Positions 29,603 through 32,000 of a stretch of DNA of 32,000 nt are shown in pieces. A model generated the notes under the pieces. It was not told where the DNA came from, ran no database searches, and saw only the letters and a list, made by a program, of their open reading frames with translations. This DNA is from Alkalilimnicola ehrlichii MLHE-1 (GTDB taxonomy: Bacteria > Pseudomonadota > Gammaproteobacteria > Nitrococcales > Halorhodospiraceae), in the NCBI RefSeq assembly GCF_000014785.1, contig NC_008340.1, forward strand, positions 1,050,001 to 1,082,000. Direction: 5' to 3'. Numbering within the stretch: position 1 is the first letter of the stretch; every line of letters starts with the position of its first letter. A program made the position numbers and the translations under genes.

Positions 29603-29649
29603 TCTAGACGATAATAGGCTGAATTTACTGAATTGTTAAAGACCGAGTG
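29603..29649 (-). promoter_or_regulatory. CRISPR leader (47-nt AT-rich gap between the cas2 stop and the first repeat)
   Basis: About 36% GC by hand count, in a genome of about 67% GC. The sense strand reads CACTCGGTCTTTAACAATTCAGTAAATTCAGCCTATTATCGTCTAGA then the repeat. TATTAT (-10-like) ends 8 nt from the repeat, with TTTAAC 18 nt upstream of it. AATTCAG occurs twice with a 9-nt period. Confidence 0.6.
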
Positions 29650-29946
29650 TTAATTTGGGCGGCGCGCGAGCACGATGCCATCAATCTCCTCAAGGGCTAC
29701 TGAGGGCATGCCCAGAGTTGCGACAGCCTGTCCGCCAGGTGTGTTTTGATCCGCCCAGACCATGATGACGGAGGCGTCTTGCTCATAGGGCCACCAGTCT
29801 TCCAACACGTTCCAGATCCGCACGCGTACGGCAGCGGACAGGCGGGGTGCACTGTAAACACCCGGCGCGAGTTCCAGCATGGAGGATGCGAGGAAGCCGC
29901 GGGTGCGGTCACTAACGTTACGTGTTACGACCATTGTCATCGGCAT
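29650..29946 (-). CDS. cas2: CRISPR-associated endoribonuclease Cas2 (type I-E)
   Basis: MTMVVTRNVSDRTRGFLASSMLELAPGVYSAPRLSAAVRVRIWNVL aligns with E. coli Cas2e ([33 protein letters not shown]...). The start could be 29946, 29940 or 29934. It overlaps the cas1 3' end. Confidence 0.9.
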   Translation of the reverse strand: MPMTMVVTRNVSDRTRGFLASSMLELAPGVYSAPRLSAAVRVRIWNVLEDWWPYEQDASVIMVWADQNTPGGQAVATLGMPSVALEEIDGIVLARRPN

Positions 29947-30814
29947 TGATCAGGTCCTTTATTCGATCGATCATCTTCGGGATGACTTTATGGCGTTGAA
30001 ATGCGCTCGCCGCGTCTCGGCGCAAGGTGCGTTCGATACTGAGGGTCGGGTCGTCAAGAACCTTTCGGGCGGCCTGGAATGCCAACGGGACGGTGATTTC
30101 GCCCCGGTAGAGGTCGGCAATGTCCAGTGTAAAAGCGTTACTCGATTCCTCATGGATAAAGCCGAGCGGTGGCAGCGCGCCGGTGGCGGCCACAGCAATG
30201 TCTGCGGCGGCCTCCACGAACGTTGCCGCATGGTTGATGGCCTGGTTGGGGACGTCCGCTGCAGATGGGTTGTTGCGATTGTAACGGCGCCCCTTCCAAG
30301 GAATGCCGAAGCGGCTGGCTTCCACCCGGTAGAGCTCCTTGATGCGTCCGCCTTCAATGCCGCGCAGTACAGCGATGTCTTTATGAGGAAGCACGCGCCC
30401 GAAGCGAAAGGCGTACATGCGTCGTGCGACGTCGAGCCGTTGGGTTTTGTTCGCCCAAAGCGTGGCGTGGCGCCGGGCCACATCTGAGCGGCCTTGGCCC
30501 ATTGGCGGAGCCGTGTAGTATTTGGTGCCACCCCCGCCAATAGCGGCCAACAGCGTCCCGTGGCGTGCAAGGAGGCGTAATACATCGTGCGTGACCGTAC
30601 TGCCAGGGCCGAGCAGAATCATTGAGAGGCCTTGGTACGGAATCGCATAATCACCGGCGGCCAGGTCTTCGGACTCTGCTGCCGTGAAATGCAGCGTGCC
30701 ATCCTCTACGTACAGCCGTCCGCGTGTCAGCCACAGCAAGCCATGACGATCCACGTGAGGAATACGGGCACCGGAAAGGCCGAGGCGCCCTGGTAGGAAA
30801 CCTCCCTCGCTCAT
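29918..30814 (-). CDS. cas1: CRISPR-associated integrase Cas1 (type I-E)
   Basis: 298 aa with Cas1e features (LYVEDGTL, SMILLGPGSTVTHDVLRLLARHG, ALPPLGFIHEESSNAFTLDIADLYR). The ATG overlaps the stop of the cas6e C-terminal frame (ATGA). Confidence 0.95.
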   Translation of the reverse strand: MSEGGFLPGRLGLSGARIPHVDRHGLLWLTRGRLYVEDGTLHFTAAESEDLAAGDYAIPYQGLSMILLGPGSTVTHDVLRLLARHGTLLAAIGGGGTKYYTAPPMGQGRSDVARRHATLWANKTQRLDVARRMYAFRFGRVLPHKDIAVLRGIEGGRIKELYRVEASRFGIPWKGRRYNRNNPSAADVPNQAINHAATFVEAAADIAVAATGALPPLGFIHEESSNAFTLDIADLYRGEITVPLAFQAARKVLDDPTLSIERTLRRDAASAFQRHKVIPKMIDRIKDLINADDNGRNT

Positions 30815-31529
30815 GCCGGTCGAAGCAGCAGCATTCCGAAGCCGAAGGCTCGGTGTCGGCCAACGCCCCGCGCCACCAGGGTGGCGAAGGTATCGGGGTC
30901 GCGTACCGTGAGTCTGCCGGTGACCAAGGCATCCGGGCGAACGAGACGCGTCTTCCCCGTCGGCGTCCGCCCTGGCCTGCCGCGCCCTGGCGCCATGTGG
31001 AGACGAGCCGGAAGGCCTTAAGCTTAAAGCTAGTGTCTTCCAGTTCCACTGCCGGGTGCAGGCGGTCAGCAGTCCAGCTGTGGTAGATCTCGCTGCGTGT
31101 GGTGTCAGCCGGTTCCTTTCCTTCCGGGAGTGCCGCGAGAAAGGCGTCCCGCTCGCCGGACTTTCCTCTCACCACTGGGCAGAGCCGACACTCAAAACCG
31201 AGGCGCTGACCAACGCGCCAGCGAATACTCCCCATATCCTTGCTCGCTGCAGTATTCCAATCGCAAGCGTTCGCTGCACTCGGGTCGGCAAAGGTGGTGG
31301 CGTGCTCACAGAGAGTTTGCGCGTCGCTGGGGCCATAACCCAACAACCGCAGACTACCCTCCCGGGTATCGATCAGCCGGAAGCTGGTCGGGCTGTGCTT
31401 GCCCAGCGTGGCGCGCAACCAGCTGTGGACGGCATAGCCCAGGTCCTCGTCTCGGCTGCGGTTATGGCCCTGGTCTTGCGCATGAGCGATGAGCTTCTCA
31501 GGCCGCAGTCGAAGGTCGATCATGTGCAT
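30811..31529 (-). pseudogene. cas6e: cas6e (casE/cse3) pre-crRNA endoribonuclease, interrupted by an apparent single-nt frameshift
   Basis: The N-terminal part (MHMIDLRLRPEK...YAVHSWL...GQRLGFECRLCPVVR...FKLKAFRLVSTW) lies in the frame of ORF 30651..31595. The start ATG (31529 or 31523) overlaps the cas5e stop. The C-terminal part, with the RAMP glycine-rich loop (LVTGRLTVRDPDTFATLVARGVGRHRAFGFGMLLLRPA), lies in the +1 frame. That frame is open from TAA 31018-31020 to TGA 30811-30813. The shift must lie between about 30950 and 31017. Confidence 0.8.
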
Positions 31530-32000
31530 GGGGGCACCTCCGTGAGGTAGCCAGTGATCATCGGACGCAGACCCACGTGGGCCTGGGTTCGCCAATCCCG
31601 GTCGTCCGTGCGGTTCTGGCGTTGCCGGGACTCGGTGGCGGGGGCTGTTGTTCCAGGTGGCCAGCAGGCTTCGAAAAAGCGAGTGTCTGCCGCTGCGCGA
31701 GGATCCCGGGGTTCGCTGGCCAGTACGTGATAGGCGTCGTCGGATTCACGCACCCGCAGGAGCACGGGGGCCGCCGGCAGGCATGCCTTACGCCCGATGA
31801 ATAGCGGGCGGGCCGGATGGCGCAGGGCAGCCGCCAGGGTCGCAACGTTGGGCTCGCCCGGAGGGACGGTGACCGCAACGGTCATGACTCCGTTCGCCCA
31901 ATAGTGGCGGTCTCGTTGATGAATGCCCCTCTTCGCCGTGCCGCCCTCCCGATGCTCTGGGGCGCCGCGGGTGGTCCATCCCGGGTTTGCCAGGTGCGTC
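31520..32000 (-). CDS. cas5: Cascade subunit Cas5e (CasD), 5' end outside window
   Basis: The frame is open to the window edge. ...HQRDRHYWANGVMTVAVTV....LAAALRHPARPLFIGRKACLPAAPVLL....DDRDW aligns with E. coli CasD (...TWREYLCDASFTVALWL....LEKAVLKPRYTPYLGRRSCPLTHPLFL). The stop TGA overlaps the cas6e ATG. Confidence 0.8.
   Translation of the reverse strand, partial: THLANPGWTTRGAPEHREGGTAKRGIHQRDRHYWANGVMTVAVTVPPGEPNVATLAAALRHPARPLFIGRKACLPAAPVLLRVRESDDAYHVLASEPRDPRAAADTRFFEACWPPGTTAPATESRQRQNRTDDRDWRTQAHVGLRPMITGYLTEVPPCT

Noticed and set aside
23742-29639. Dozens of + strand ORFs across the array (for example 24867..25913 at 348 aa and 27006..27986 at 326 aa) with recurring SIPAGAGEP, VYPRRRGGA and GLSPQARGS peptides.
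   Set aside because: These are the three-frame translations of the 28-nt CRISPR repeat recurring every 61 nt. They are array artefacts, not repeat proteins.
29879-30487. 202-aa + strand ORF antisense to cas1 and cas2.
   Set aside because: It has no recognisable motifs and is fully embedded opposite a well-supported cas1.
30651-30810. Continuation of the cas6e N-terminal frame through the first 160 nt of cas1 (the 314-aa ORF 30651..31595).
   Set aside because: After about residue 200 the translation is low complexity and overlaps cas1 out of frame. The genuine Cas6e C-terminus is in the other frame. I treat this as read-through caused by the frameshift, not as a real extended protein.

Overview
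High-GC (about 65-70% by eye) chromosomal segment with gammaproteobacterial-type synteny. Bases 1-23,600 are conserved housekeeping genes. On the + strand: serA-like dehydrogenase (5' partial), pheA, hisC, tyrA, aroA, cmk, rpsA, ihfB, lapA, lapB, pyrF, srkA. On the - strand: a tightly packed DUF1244 / Fur-family / CDF transporter / DedA unit, then typA. After that: ttcA (+), a TolC-family protein (-), folE2 (-), xseB-ispA (-) and parE (+). A 450-bp cluster of nested palindromic and tandem repeats lies between typA and the DUF1244 operon. Bases 23,961-29,602 are one very large type I-E CRISPR array of 93 repeats (28-nt core) and 92 spacers. It is read on the minus strand from a short AT-rich leader next to cas2. 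cas2, cas1, cas6e and cas5e (partial, runs off the window) follow on the minus strand. I found no clearly novel gene system. The observations most worth a second look all concern the CRISPR locus: (1) cas6e is split over two reading frames although the array is huge and its repeats are almost perfectly homogeneous; (2) the 29th repeat position is polymorphic with a strong pyrimidine bias and a block structure; (3) two spacers are diverged versions of the same protospacer, with differences clustered at the PAM-proximal end; (4) two adjacent spacers overlap end to start; (5) one spacer forms a canonical intrinsic terminator in the direction of array transcription. Outside the array, the palindromic repeat cluster, the DUF1244-Fur-CDF-DedA unit and an AT-rich inverted repeat upstream of folE2 also merit checking. 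All counts were made by hand from the sequence. No database search was possible.
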